NCBI GenBank assembly: GCA_030141605.1
Contig: JAQGDQ010000124.1
Span: forward strand, 1-64,000
Origin: Tubiluchus corallicola
Lineage: Eukaryota > Animalia > Priapulida
Direction of reading: 5' to 3'
DNA: 64,000 nt
Under the pieces are notes generated by a model. The model did no database searches. It was not told the DNA's origin and saw nothing but the letters and a program-made list of their open reading frames with translations. Each line of letters begins with the position of its first letter. The first letter of the stretch is position 1. Positions 28,201-38,547 of this stretch are shown here, piece after piece. Position numbers and translations under genes: made by a program.

Positions 28201-30113
28201 CAGATAAACATGAAAAGTAACGCACTTTCGAATGCCAGAGGGCTTGTTATTGCAAACAACAGAAAAACATCTACCTGGTGCAACACTAAGTTCTTGAGAA
28301 GCTACCACATCGCTGTCATTCGTCTCGGTTTTATTTTGATGTAACTCCAGCTTTATGTTCACGTCCTCCTTCACGTTTGGCAGGATGCTCACTATTACCC
28401 TGTATTCCATATCTGACCGTATAAAACTAGAAGCAGCAATAACATATGTTGCAGTAGTGTTTGCAACAGCAGCCCTGAAATAGGTAAATGAAAAATAAAA
28501 CTTTCCCAAATTAGCTGGCAACTAACAATATCATTAATTAATTATGACTGTGACTGCCAGATGTTTTATAAACCATTGCAGTTTATTTTACCAGCTATTA
28601 CCCATTTATCAATTATTACCTAAAGGAGACACTGAAAAATTTGTGACCAGTCGGGACTTGAACCTAAGACCTAATATTAGTACTCCGATGCTCTACCACT
28701 CTGCTCTATGACAAAGCAGGCCTAAGACTTCCTCCTTGTAGCTCACAATAAAAACAGCACCACCTGTATCTATGACAGCAAGGTGATACTTATGGTATCA
28801 ATACCTGCCACAATCACAATCACAATTAATTAATAAAAAATAAGACTTCTGACATTTTGTCAGCAATGGAAAGAATTGCATGATGACTGTAAATCTTTGA
28901 TTTGTGTAAGTAGAACGAATAGTAAAGTACAAACAAAAACTAAAGAAAGAAAAACTCGTGAAACCATGAGAAGGTTAACTTAAGTGTTATAAACGTTTTA
29001 CAGTTAAACTCAAAAGTATCAATATTAAAAGGGAAAAAAGTGATTTTAAAGTATGTCCCAAAAAGTTTCCATACAATTATATTACTTAGCATTAAGATTA
29101 CCTGTTTGAAAGACTTATGTAACTAGAAAAGAACTTTCTTAGTAATTCGAAGTATTCGAGCCAGCTGGCACAACCTCACTGGCTCCGCTATGCACCAATG
29201 TCACTGTCTCACCAAAAAACATATTATTAACTTTATTAACAAGATAAATTAATTTATACTTTGTTTTAGTTCGTGAAGCATACACTACGAATGCTCCGAT
29301 TATTTTTTCAAACTTTTCGCAGTGTTAGTTAAACTTGTTTTAAATACTCAGCGAAAACAGCTAAATTGGTTGCACACAATATTCAGCACAGTTTTATACA
29401 GTGTTACTGTTAATACAAGCTCAGCGCATAGCAAGACTCCATGTAAATGATACTAAAGTTCAAGACGAGTTTTTTTACCAACATTATGCGAGAGTTGCCT
29501 TTTCTTGTCCTGTAGTACACAGGTTCTGAGAAGAATACAGGTAAAAATTACTTATTTGAAATGTATTGAGCTCACTTTAACAGGTTAGTATCAGCTGTTA
29601 ATGATTATTGATGAAATAAAGTTTCGTTTGATATTGTTCGGTAATAGATCTTTTACACACTTTGATACACTACAATCAGGCATCAATCAATGATAATCAA
29701 CCGAGATGAAGCAATGAACTACGTCTGGCCCATACTCGGAGGTAAATACATCCTTCCTCAAGCCATTCTCCACAAAAGTAAATTTCCTGTCATACTCATT
29801 GGTGATTAATTTCTGTCTTTCAACACACATCATGTATATTCAGCACCCCTTGTACCCATTTTACTTTTCCTGTTTTTCATTTACATTAATTTGAAGTTCA
29901 TTGTTGTACACATTGGAATGACATGTTGATCTCGAATTTTTAATGTTAACAACAGAATTATTTTCATGTATGTTCACCAGTAATTAAAATACTTAGAGAA
30001 CTGAAACATTTATAATAATTCATTAAAACATGAAAAACTTACTCTTGTGCGTGGGTGGCACCAAGTGCCAGTAAGAGCACATTTCTAAGCAGCAGTAATG
30101 GTGACGTGTTCAT
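7055..30113 (-). CDS. CD109/TEP-like thioester-protein (alpha-2-macroglobulin family) gene, 5' portion, 14 coding exons (signal peptide plus macroglobulin domains)
   Basis: Fourteen GT-AG exons join in one frame (1758 nt, 586 codons). Hydrophobic signal peptide MNTSPLLLLRNVLLLALGATHA. Family motifs VFIQTDKAIYKPGDKVKFR, DPKKNQIKQW, LPKYEV, FKIGFPY, VTPEMAPKSHVTVFY and VGLLAVD..GNDIT. The thioester domain is not in the window, so the subfamily is uncertain. Confidence 0.9.
7985..8173 (-). CDS. CD109/TEP-like exon 13
   Basis: VTCKGNIV...VTPEMAPKSHVTVFYVHDGELLVD...FKNK. Confidence 0.92.
8339..8503 (-). CDS. CD109/TEP-like exon 12
   Basis: ...SRSKQFLRL...VGETLTVYVNST...SYQ. Confidence 0.9.
9418..9594 (-). 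CDS. CD109/TEP-like exon 11
   Basis: LKVKKRDGSPL...VPDSGVV... Confidence 0.88.
11463..11569 (-). CDS. CD109/TEP-like exon 10
   Basis: LRMKGEAK...YFKIGFPYTAY (FKPGLPY-like). Confidence 0.87.
14325..14424 (-). CDS. CD109/TEP-like exon 9
   Basis: IDGIANFSV...VVLTEKLT. Confidence 0.85.
14766..14856 (-). CDS. CD109/TEP-like exon 8
   Basis: YTSEKVIQGSMNITV..., aligned to the family YTYGKPV.G motif; phases match. Confidence 0.82.
14883..15469. mobile_element. Decayed MITE with GAGTCG subterminal repeats (hAT-like)
   Basis: Degenerate TIRs (catgctgtgaagtcgg / ccaactccatagccct), internal GGAGTCGGAGTC repeats, 8-bp flanks catgaaat/cataaaac (6/8). Confidence 0.55.
15607..15985. mobile_element. hAT-type MITE
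   Basis: TIR ggggcatatt / gatatgcccc, subterminal gcctaagg/gcctaggg, 8-bp TSD agcagtag/agtagtag. Confidence 0.6.
16176..16655. mobile_element. MITE with 8-bp TSD (hAT-like)
   Basis: About 35-bp imperfect TIR cagggtgcataagattatggatat / atatcaataatctaatgcagcctg; TSD cctgtaag/cctataag; subterminal ttattttatgg repeats. Confidence 0.85.
16971..17055 (-). CDS. CD109/TEP-like exon 7
   Basis: DLPKYEVIVTLPPYY...GTIEAK. Confidence 0.9.
17187..17789. mobile_element. piggyBac-type MITE
   Basis: TTAA|CCC...GGG|TTAA ends with imperfect TIR cccatttactac / gtagcgaaaggg. Confidence 0.65.
18006..18590. mobile_element. Tc1/pogo (Tigger-like) MITE
   Basis: TA|cagtgttccctcacta ... tagcgagggaacactg|TA; TIR 15/16, TA TSD. 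Confidence 0.88.
19281..19320 (-). CDS. CD109/TEP-like exon 6 (40 nt)
   Basis: EKLQFKEFTVGDY; tttcttAG/GTGAGT, bridges phase 0 to 1. Confidence 0.85.
19740..20830 (+). mobile_element. 5'-truncated decayed LINE (3' end of ORF2)
   Basis: SHSLKVETGRWSR...TCQC...HVLFVCP, the C-terminal Cys/His knuckle typical of LINE ORF2; broken by stops and frameshifts; boundaries approximate. Confidence 0.7.
21350..21610 (-). mobile_element. Probable decayed tRNA-derived SINE
   Basis: B-box-like gggtttgaatcc on the - strand near 21555-21567, GC-richer body, simple-repeat tail near 21330-21350. Confidence 0.35.
21677..21799 (-). CDS. CD109/TEP-like exon 5
   Basis: DPKKNQIKQW...PVLGVWMIEADV. Confidence 0.92.
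22480..22550 (-). CDS. CD109/TEP-like exon 4
   Basis: VKFRIVAVNFKLLPVARRVNVVIL; AG/GTGAGT, phases match. Confidence 0.88.
22739..23659. mobile_element. Probable non-autonomous TIR element with a nested LINE 3' end
   Basis: 12-bp perfect inverted ends actggacagttt / aaactgtccagt and repeated tgctac subterminal motifs; no clear TSD. Confidence 0.5.
23248..23550 (-). mobile_element. 3' terminus of a LINE (UTR, hairpin, AATAAA, (TCTAAA)n tail)
   Basis: On the - strand: T-rich UTR, inverted repeat gagcgtagc/gctatgctc, AATAAA, then a short (tctaaa)n tail; same layout as the LINE end at 54600-54745. Confidence 0.5.
24317..24505 (-). CDS. CD109/TEP-like exon 3
   Basis: ...SVFIQTDKAIYKPGDK, hallmark A2M-family motif. 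Confidence 0.92.
26800..27760 (+). mobile_element. Heavily decayed CR1-group LINE fragment
   Basis: Residual LYKSMV..IIEYADTVW and ENVKNYMLECPLH motifs of ORF2 C-terminus in broken frames; boundaries approximate. Confidence 0.55.
28275..28474 (-). CDS. CD109/TEP-like exon 2
   Basis: AAVANTTATYVIAASSFIR...QELSVAP; tttcAG acceptor, GTAGAT donor. Confidence 0.85.
28500..28745 (-). repeat. tRNA-like dispersed repeat, copy 1
   Basis: Reverse complement aligns with 31431-31697; contains A-box-like tagagcagagtggtagagc and B-box ggttcaagtccc. Confidence 0.8.
30043..30113 (-). CDS. CD109/TEP-like exon 1 (ATG, signal peptide)
   Basis: MNTSPLLLLRNVLLLALGATHAQ, donor GTAAGT; phase 2 matches exon 2. 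Confidence 0.75.
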
Positions 30114-31264
30114 TTTGTTTCCACTATTAGGAGTTACAATGATCCTGTTTTCACCAACATAAGTTATCAAGATCTTGCTCTTGCAACACAAAATGGCAGG
30201 TTTGCCACAGTTAACTATAATTAATAATGAAATAAATAAATAATAGGTAAAACAAGTGTAAGTCAGTCGAATCTGCCTAGTTATCCTGCTTTTCGCTAAG
30301 TTGCGTCTTGCCAAAAATTAGGACACTTACGTTTTTACTGACTTAAGTCCAATTCAAATCACTAACTGAGTCTCCACCATTCTTACATGTATACCAAACA
30401 AATAATATATTCAACATTTACGAGAGTTAAGTGCAATAAGCCTTGTTATAGTTCCAGCAATTAATAATGATCGTGAAATGGTCAAAGGTAGAGTGTACCA
30501 GACAACGCATTTGTGTACACTTGACAATGCCTCGCAGCCCAAGCTATTGTAATACAAACAGTTTTAACAGCTATGTAGAAGTTCATTATGTTCATTTTTT
30601 CTTGTTCCCAAGCAAGATCCAACTAGGAAATCACTCTACACACAGACTATACACAATTAAATAAAATCAATGGAAAACAACTGAAGTTACTGAACTGATG
30701 TGGTAGACAGCTTTGCTTTACACACATCACGTGACAGTTGTAGTTAAAATGCATTGCTGTGGTACATTTAACCTGTGACCTACAGCAACTGCATGTGTGC
30801 ACAGCAAACCTGTGAAAAGCTTATTGACAACAACACTCCACCTTCAGGAAATAAAAAACACAACAGCTCTAGATCATCATGGCTAAACTGGTCATGGATC
30901 AAAGTTCTCCATGTTAAGGAAGGAATAAGGCACCTATCGTGTTGGGTTCATTTTACTATTATCACTTGAAATTAGAAAAGTGCAACAAAGAAGTTCGCAA
31001 ATTACTGTCTAGAGAGCATAAAGTTAATTTATATTACCACTGTATATAAATTGTCAGGTATGGCAGCAGTCGCCATTCACTTTAAAATTGTGACTTAACT
31101 GGTGGGGTTGACACGACATTTTGTAAGCGCATCATGGTTTTCCACGATGTAAACGCATCATGGTAAGCATGCACTGCTTAAACTAATTTGAACTTCTGCA
31201 GCTTACCTAATGTTCATGCAAAAATAAAATAAAGTTTCTGTAAAAACATATTACCTTTAAATAG

Positions 31265-31697
31265 AGAGATTACGACTGTAATTGCCAGAGTGTTTATAAA
31301 CCTTTGCAGTTTATTTTTAACAATTATTACCCATAGCGGGCAATGAATTGAGAAAGGAGATACTGAAAAATTGTGGACTAGTCAGGATTTGAACCCGAGA
31401 CCTGAGATTGAGGTAGCGCTGTTGGATAGGGTGCTACAAGGAGGAAATATCGGGCCTGCTCTGTCATGCTGGACTAGTAGTTTCACTTGCAGTGCATGGG
31501 AGTACTAACACAAAGTCTTAGGTTCAAATCCCAACTAGTCAACAATTTTCAGCATCACCTTCCTTTCTCCAACTCGCTACCTGCAATGGGTAATAATCAT
31601 TAAAAATAAACTGCAATGGTTTATAAAAACTCTGGCAATCACAGTCATACTCTAACTAATTAATGATATTGTTAGTTGCCAGCTAATTTGAGAAAAG
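31265..31697. repeat. Head-to-head pair of the same tRNA-like repeat (foldback)
   Basis: 31265-31403 is the imperfect reverse complement of 31513-31653; both arms carry B-box ggttcaaatcc. Confidence 0.8.
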
Positions 31698-33729
31698 TGT
31701 TGATACCATAACTTATTACATTTTGACAGAAATTGATACTGTGCTGCTTTTCTTCAGCTGATAAACATTGCTGGAAGAACAGCTTTTCACAATGTAAGCA
31801 CACAAGTGGGAAGTGATTGCGATTTTAAAGTAATTTTGTTAATTATTACTAAATCTTTCTAACATTTTAAAGTAATTTCACTTATATTACTAAATCTTTC
31901 TAACATTTTTCAATAGCAATAAAATAAGTTGCAAGTGCTTAGGGAATCAATGTCACAATGGATTACCTGGTGAGTGGTCTTTGTTACCTGAATTAATCAA
32001 CTATACTCAATGAGGTGCTTTCACTGTTATTTTAGACTGATTGAAACCAGCACTGAATATGCTGTTAAAAGTAAAGACCAATTGTCTTAGTAAAGACATG
32101 TCTTAATTAGTCAGTGTCTAAATCAATAAGTCACTGAGTTAGGCAGAAAGTTAAAACATGTAAAGTTCAACACCGACTTGTTAGTCAGTTATTCATGTCA
32201 GCTAGCCAACGATGTATTTCGATCAGTCAGCAAGATACAGACAGTTAGCATAAATACATTTTTGTTAAAATGATAAGCTACTTAACTAGTAAGTCACCTA
32301 GTTTATTAGTCAGGTTCTGTACGTTAATCAGGCAGCCAGTCCGTAGGTCAAATGATATAACATTTGACTTGCCAGCTATTCATATCATTGGAAATGCCAA
32401 GTCAGTAAGACAGTAAAGGCTTGACTGTAATGACTTTGTCAAGTAGTTAGTCAGTGAGTAATCAAACTGTTAGTCAGTTAAAGTAAATTAGATTGCGTAT
32501 TACTTTGTCACTGTGAGTAGTCACAGCCAGTCAGTCAATTATGTCAACCACTTTAACTTGTTAAATGCACTGCTAATGATATTAGAAAACGGACTTGAAG
32601 CAGTCAAATGCAATTAGTATAACAGTGTTTGACACAAACTGCCAGCAAGCACGAATTTTGATGCATAAATTTCTGGAAATATGATGTAAAATTGCCAGAT
32701 CATCTTTTGTTACAAGTTACATTTTACTTAAGTTTACCATAAATACTTATCATAACGGTGTGCACGTTGTGAGGTTGGTATATCAAAACATTTATCAGCA
32801 CATAAACAGTACGGCATTCATTGTGCCCTTCGTAAATACATTTTACAATTACATGGCGGCACTTCAACTTGATAGACAACTTTAGAGAGAAAACATAAAT
32901 GTAAAACGCGAGAGAGAAAATGTGTGATAAAATGATTAACAGAGGTTTAACGAGAGAGACAACTGTGGGCAGAAAGTCTACTTATATAGGCTTCGCCTCT
33001 CGATCTACGGTAATAAGTGCAACTGTATTCAAGAACTTATTTCCATTCAGCTGGCATATACCAATAAAGTAGAAGCGCTTCATGTAAAATAACTTCACTT
33101 ACACCAAATATCACAAGAACAAAACTTATAAAACACCAATTACTATGTAATGAAAGTTATATACATGACTTGAGAAGCGATCATTTAGATTTTGGCAGAC
33201 GTTTACAAGTTACAGACGCCGCTAAGGTAAGGTAGCGCCCTCGTCGAGAAATCACGTGAACGTTTTTAGAAAAATAAACAAAGTTAATAAAATAGAAATT
33301 TATTGAAAATTTCAGGAAACAGTGACGTACTCTAATAAAGGATAGAGGCCTATGTCTACAATAGATGTTTAGATTAGCAGCAGAAGAATGAAATAAAATA
33401 GGAGTTATAGTTAAAGAGTTAACAGTTCTGATTTTATGAAAAAATGTCACTAGCTCAAGGACAGTGTTGCAAACAAGGCTTTCTGAAAAAAGCTGGAATA
33501 ATTTGATTGAATAAAGGGTGAGAGAAAGGGGTTTTCAATTATGGCAGAATAGGTTGTTAGAGTGCTCTACTTGTATTAGGTATAAAAAGAATAAGCCAAA
33601 GGCAATGCATGGTATTATGAAACCTGGACGAATGGTATGTATAATCAGAATGATTTAGAACTGTTGGTAAAAGCACTGATTGATGCACTGGAGGTCAGTG
33701 GGAATTCCTTGTATAAGTGAAGAATAAAT

Positions 33730-36590
33730 GAAAATGACAGGAAGTGTAAATGTACTTCAGAGTTGGAAAGTTTACAGCACATTCCATTACTGTGGATACG
33801 CTCGATCTTCTTCACCACCAGTGGCGAGCAAACAGACATCAATAAAAAGTGTCTGTTTGCGAGATCAGCAACACGATCAACTTGTTTTACAAATCACACC
33901 AAATATCTCTTACGTCATTTTGTCTTACACTCGTCTTTAACTATATTTTTAGTTTCAACAGCTCGTTAACATACATCCTAGTCAGTAATAATTTATTTAT
34001 GTTCCAATCACTTATATCTTGCGCAGATAGGCCTAACTTGTTGATATACACAGCTTTACATTCAAGAAGATGCTTAGTAGTATCTCTGCTACCTGGCATA
34101 AAGAACATTTAAGACCCACTTGATACAGATTTTTGAAATTTGCTTTAACATCGTCATATTAAGTCTGATCGACATATATCTTTCATTTCGTCTGACCTGT
34201 ATTTTTCGACATACATTGGAAAGTTGGAAAGTTCTGTTTTTTAAAAATCTTGATTTTGTCATTGTTTCTATTTTAGTTTTAAGCTTTCTTTCTATAAATA
34301 AATGAATTTCATTCTTTGCATACTCTAAATTTGGTTATTACATTTATATATTATACTTATTCATGATGTGTTTGATTTCTGAATATTAAAATTTATTAAA
34401 GTTATTTTTTATTTGCACTTTTAGAACTTGTTTTGCCATCATCATTTGAGTTCCTTAACAAATGATAATACATTAATTTTCTATAGTCTACCCTACAAGT
34501 CATTGGCCAGGTTTTTGTTTCACTTAACATGCCCCAATATGGTATAATATCGTTTTGACATAAAATTTTTGCTAGTGCTTCTTTTTGTATGCTTTCTAAT
34601 TTATCTAATTTAGATTGGTCCAAGTATCAGCATTATTGATTATTGATGGTATTACTGTGTTTTCGTAGAGCATTAGCCGAACAGCTGTAACAGTAGTTCC
34701 AACTTTAGATTCATTACCAGTGTTCATTATTTCTAAAATCGTAAATTCCATTTTGTCTTTTCCTTTTACAAACATAAGCTGATAATTATTTTTCCTGTTA
34801 AACCAATCTCCTAAGTATTTATATTCATGAGTTCATTTAATTTGGCCAGCTTTTACATTCAATATTAGTTCTTTATTGTTTCCCATTTTTGACATGTATT
34901 TCGTTTTTTTTAAGTTGAAGGTCGTCATTTTTTTATTTTCTATCTCCCTAAAATTCTCTGCTGCTTTAATCACTGATTCAGCGGTCCCTACTGATAACAG
35001 GTCATCCACATATAACAGGGTGCCAATTTCAAAAAACGGGGCCAAACATTGTCAGTGGATGATACAGTATATCTATTATAAATTGTTCATAGTTATTCCA
35101 CACAGTGTTTGTCGTATTGGGGTGCCCTACCTTACATTTTCAGATAGTTTAATGCTTTTAGTAAATTCAATAGGTGTGTTAATTTTGGCATTAGCTTCAC
35201 AGTTGAGCTTAGAGATTAATAATGTGTTAAATTAATAAGAATTAAATCCAAATTTCCATAATTGACAAATGTAATCTTGTAGCCATAATCGGTCAAAACA
35301 CCTTTCAACATCACCAAATAATAAGTATAATTCTGTATTCACCATTTTATTATCATCTAATATGGCTGTCAATGTAAAAAGTTGATCTGATGTTCCTCTA
35401 TTTTTACGCCTTCCACACTATAAATTACTGATGTTATTGTTTAATATGTCACTGTTTCTTTTTATGTTTCCTTTCAAATAATTTGCTAATAGCTGATGTT
35501 AAGAAAAGCCCTTGTCCATTAACCAGTTCTCTGTTTGATGATTTTGATCCCCCTCCCTTGTACAGAGATTTAATCCCCATTTCTTTCCATTCATTAAGTA
35601 TGGTATTAGAATTTGTGTATATACAGTTGAACATTTTAACAAAACTATCAATTAAGTAAATTCCCACGTTCATTAACATTTCATTTTTCCAATTGTATAA
35701 ATCTTTTGATTTTCTTTTTTTAGTGGCTTGATTTCCATCTACCAATTCATTTTTGCAATTGTCTCAGAAATTATTACATAACACAATTTTTTGCAGTTGA
35801 CTTATACTTTTATTTACTATTACTTGAGTTTCAATTTCCCTTGGAGTAGTAGCATTGATTGGTTTTAGCAGGTGCTCATAATATATTTTCAAACTCTTTT
35901 AGTATTTCAGCTGGGCTTTCTATAAGAACTCCATCAGCATTTCTAATTGATACCTTATCCTCTTTCTTTTTAACTTTAATCTTTTTGTAAAATTCCCAAA
36001 AGGCATTTTGACTTTATTCCATTTTCTTGTCTAATCATCTAAACAGTTTTATTAATTTTATTAACAAATCCAAATTGTTGATATTTAAATATCATTTCGA
36101 TAATTCTTTGTTTTCGTATTTTTAACATTACGCTATTTTCCGATTTTATGTTCGATTCTTGTTTCAGTAATCGTTTAATTTTTCTTTTTTGTTTCGTTAG
36201 CAGTCTAACTACTTTCAAATTATTATTTTGTTTATCTTTCTACATATTGTAAAACATGTATTCATAATAGAACTAATTTCTGTTTGCCATTTTGTAAATT
36301 TGGATTGAATGCTATCATCTTCATTCCATATTTTGCTTAGAGCGCTTCTTTCAGTAAAGTTTTTAAACTTTAATATTTGCCTGATTTATTATAAATTTCC
36401 CTGGATCCTGCTATAAAGTTTTTTCCAGTTGATCCCAACCAAAATAGTGTTATGATCGCTATAAACACATAAGCATATAAACACTCGATGAGCATATAAT
36501 CGACTGCATTAATACCATCTTCTCTCACTATCACATAATCGATGATAGATTTCTGGCTACCTTGTACTCTTGTCTACATTCCTGAACTAG
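33730..36590 (-). mobile_element. Decayed 5'-truncated LINE (end of APE endonuclease, RT, Cys/His knuckle)
   Basis: On the - strand: KSIIDYVI and SDHNTI (APE end), GLFLTSAISKLFE, LLFGDVERCFDRLW, LLYVDDLL (RT catalytic), YLGD, CSLC...TTKHLLEC; many stops and frameshifts. Confidence 0.85.
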
Positions 36591-36826
36591 CAAGCACTTT
36601 GTTTCACTGTATCTATAGCAGTGCCCTAACGAAAATGAAAGAAAAACGTTTACATGGGTATAGTGAAAAAGCGTCGCAAAATTTGTGCGTTAAATATGTT
36701 TTTCTTTTTCGGCCAATTAGCGTTTTTTTACTGCTCACCGCTCGATACAAAAAGTTTTTGAAGCGATGAAGTGAACTGAACTGAACGGTATCATAAATGA
36801 CAGCTGCGTCATAATAGCGAGAATTT

Positions 36827-37645
36827 ATGGTAACAGCAAATATGGCGGCATTATTTGGCAGAAATTTTACTTTTGCGGTCGCAAATTCACTAAAAACTCC
36901 TATTTTAAGAAATTTTTTTGCAACTTCCCGAGTGTTTACTAAACTTCAAACAACAGATGCAGCTAACAGTGAAACAAAGCCAACCGTTAGACCTGTAAAT
37001 GCAGTTCAGCAAGACAGACTAATGCAATTTGGAACTTATGTTGCCGATAACTTACCAAAGTACGTACAAAAAGTTGAAGTTACCCCTGGAGACGAATTGG
37101 AGATTATGATATGCCCAGAAGGCGTTGTGCCCGTACTGAGCTTTTTGAAGGATCATCATAATTGTCAATACTCAAACATTGCTGATATCTGTGGTGTTGA
37201 CGTACCATCAAGACAGTATCGTTTTGAAATTGTTTACCACCTTCGCTCCTTGCGATATAATTCAATCATAAGAGTAAGGACTTATACAGATGAATTCACA
37301 CCAATTGAATCCTGCTGCAGTATTTTCACTGGTGCCAATTGGTATGAAAGAGAAATATTTGACATGTTTGGAGTCTTTTTTGCTAATCATCCTGATTTGC
37401 GACGCATTTTAACAGATTATGGATTTGAAGGACATCCCTTTAGGAAAGACTTTCCACTCAGTGGTTATGTAGAAGTACGATATGATGATGAAGCAAAGCG
37501 CGTAGTAGTTGAGCCTCTGGAACTAGCTCAAGAATTTCGAAAATTTGACCTACAGAATCCATGGGAAATGTACCCTGCATTTGCTGAGCGAAACAAGAAA
37601 GGTTTACCACTCGAAAGTAACATTGCAGAACCTAAGGAAAAGTAA
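36827..37645 (+). CDS. NDUFS3: NADH dehydrogenase [ubiquinone] iron-sulfur protein 3, mitochondrial (complex I 30 kDa subunit), single exon
   Basis: 272-aa intact ORF with signature [49 protein letters not shown] and a basic, acid-free N-terminal targeting peptide; alternative start ATG at 36842. Confidence 0.97.
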   Translation: MVTANMAALFGRNFTFAVANSLKTPILRNFFATSRVFTKLQTTDAANSETKPTVRPVNAVQQDRLMQFGTYVADNLPKYVQKVEVTPGDELEIMICPEGVVPVLSFLKDHHNCQYSNIADICGVDVPSRQYRFEIVYHLRSLRYNSIIRVRTYTDEFTPIESCCSIFTGANWYEREIFDMFGVFFANHPDLRRILTDYGFEGHPFRKDFPLSGYVEVRYDDEAKRVVVEPLELAQEFRKFDLQNPWEMYPAFAERNKKGLPLESNIAEPKEK

Positions 37646-38387
37646 GGAGAGCAAAAATTATTGCACCTAAATGCAATGTACACTGCTTTTCGAACTACTT
37701 GCACGATGAAGATTGAAGTCAGTGCAAACGAGACGGCGGATATGTAGCACACAATGACTACATATTCACATGATGTTGTTACTGTACTACTGTAGCTATA
37801 AAATTGAAAACCAATTTAAGCTACTTGTAAGCTAAATTTAAAATTTATCACTGACCACTGATCGTTGACTTTATTTATTTATAATTTTGTTACATGGAAA
37901 TTACGTAAAATCATAACGTGAAACATTGTCTGCGTTTTGTTTTTCGTATTGCTCTACTGAAATATCACTATGTAGTTTATTTCATCAGATTGGTTTTTTA
38001 TACCACTGTTCATTTCAAGAATTGAAATATGCTGTTAAAAAATTGAAAATAAGAATACCATAAAAATCTGCTATATAAACATATTGTTTCTTTCGTTCTA
38101 CTTTCTGTAGCACTACTTTCATCAAATATCATCAAACTAATACAAATTTCTTTGTTGTCTACATTCAATTTTCTCGAAGTAATTGTGGATCCATTGCAGC
38201 AAAAATAACCATATTACTGGCACTGTCTATACTGAACAACATAGATGTGCATGTTGGCCAGTTAAAATACCTAGAACTCTGCATTTAAAAATGCTTTTAT
38301 TTTTATTATTATTTGGCATTCATTTTTTAATGTACAGTACATCTATATATAAGATACAAAAATTGTGAGAAAATATCTGCTGGATTT

Positions 38388-38547
38388 CTATAAATCTTCT
38401 TCACACGATGAATCGAATTCTTGACTAATAATGAATGTCTCACTTTCTGCACTGTCGCCACAGTTTGTATGTTCTATTTTTTGTTTCTTACTCTCGATGT
38501 CACTTTGTGCAAGCAAGAAATGAACTATACATTTATTCGCTTCACAT
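38388..38547 (-). CDS. PWP2: PWP2 terminal coding exon
   Basis: tttttcAG acceptor, phase match, CEANKCIVHFLL then an acidic tail and TAG; AATAAA about 85 nt downstream. Confidence 0.8.

Noticed and set aside
31822-31908. About 41-bp direct duplication
   Set aside because: Ordinary local slippage duplication in AT-rich intergenic DNA.
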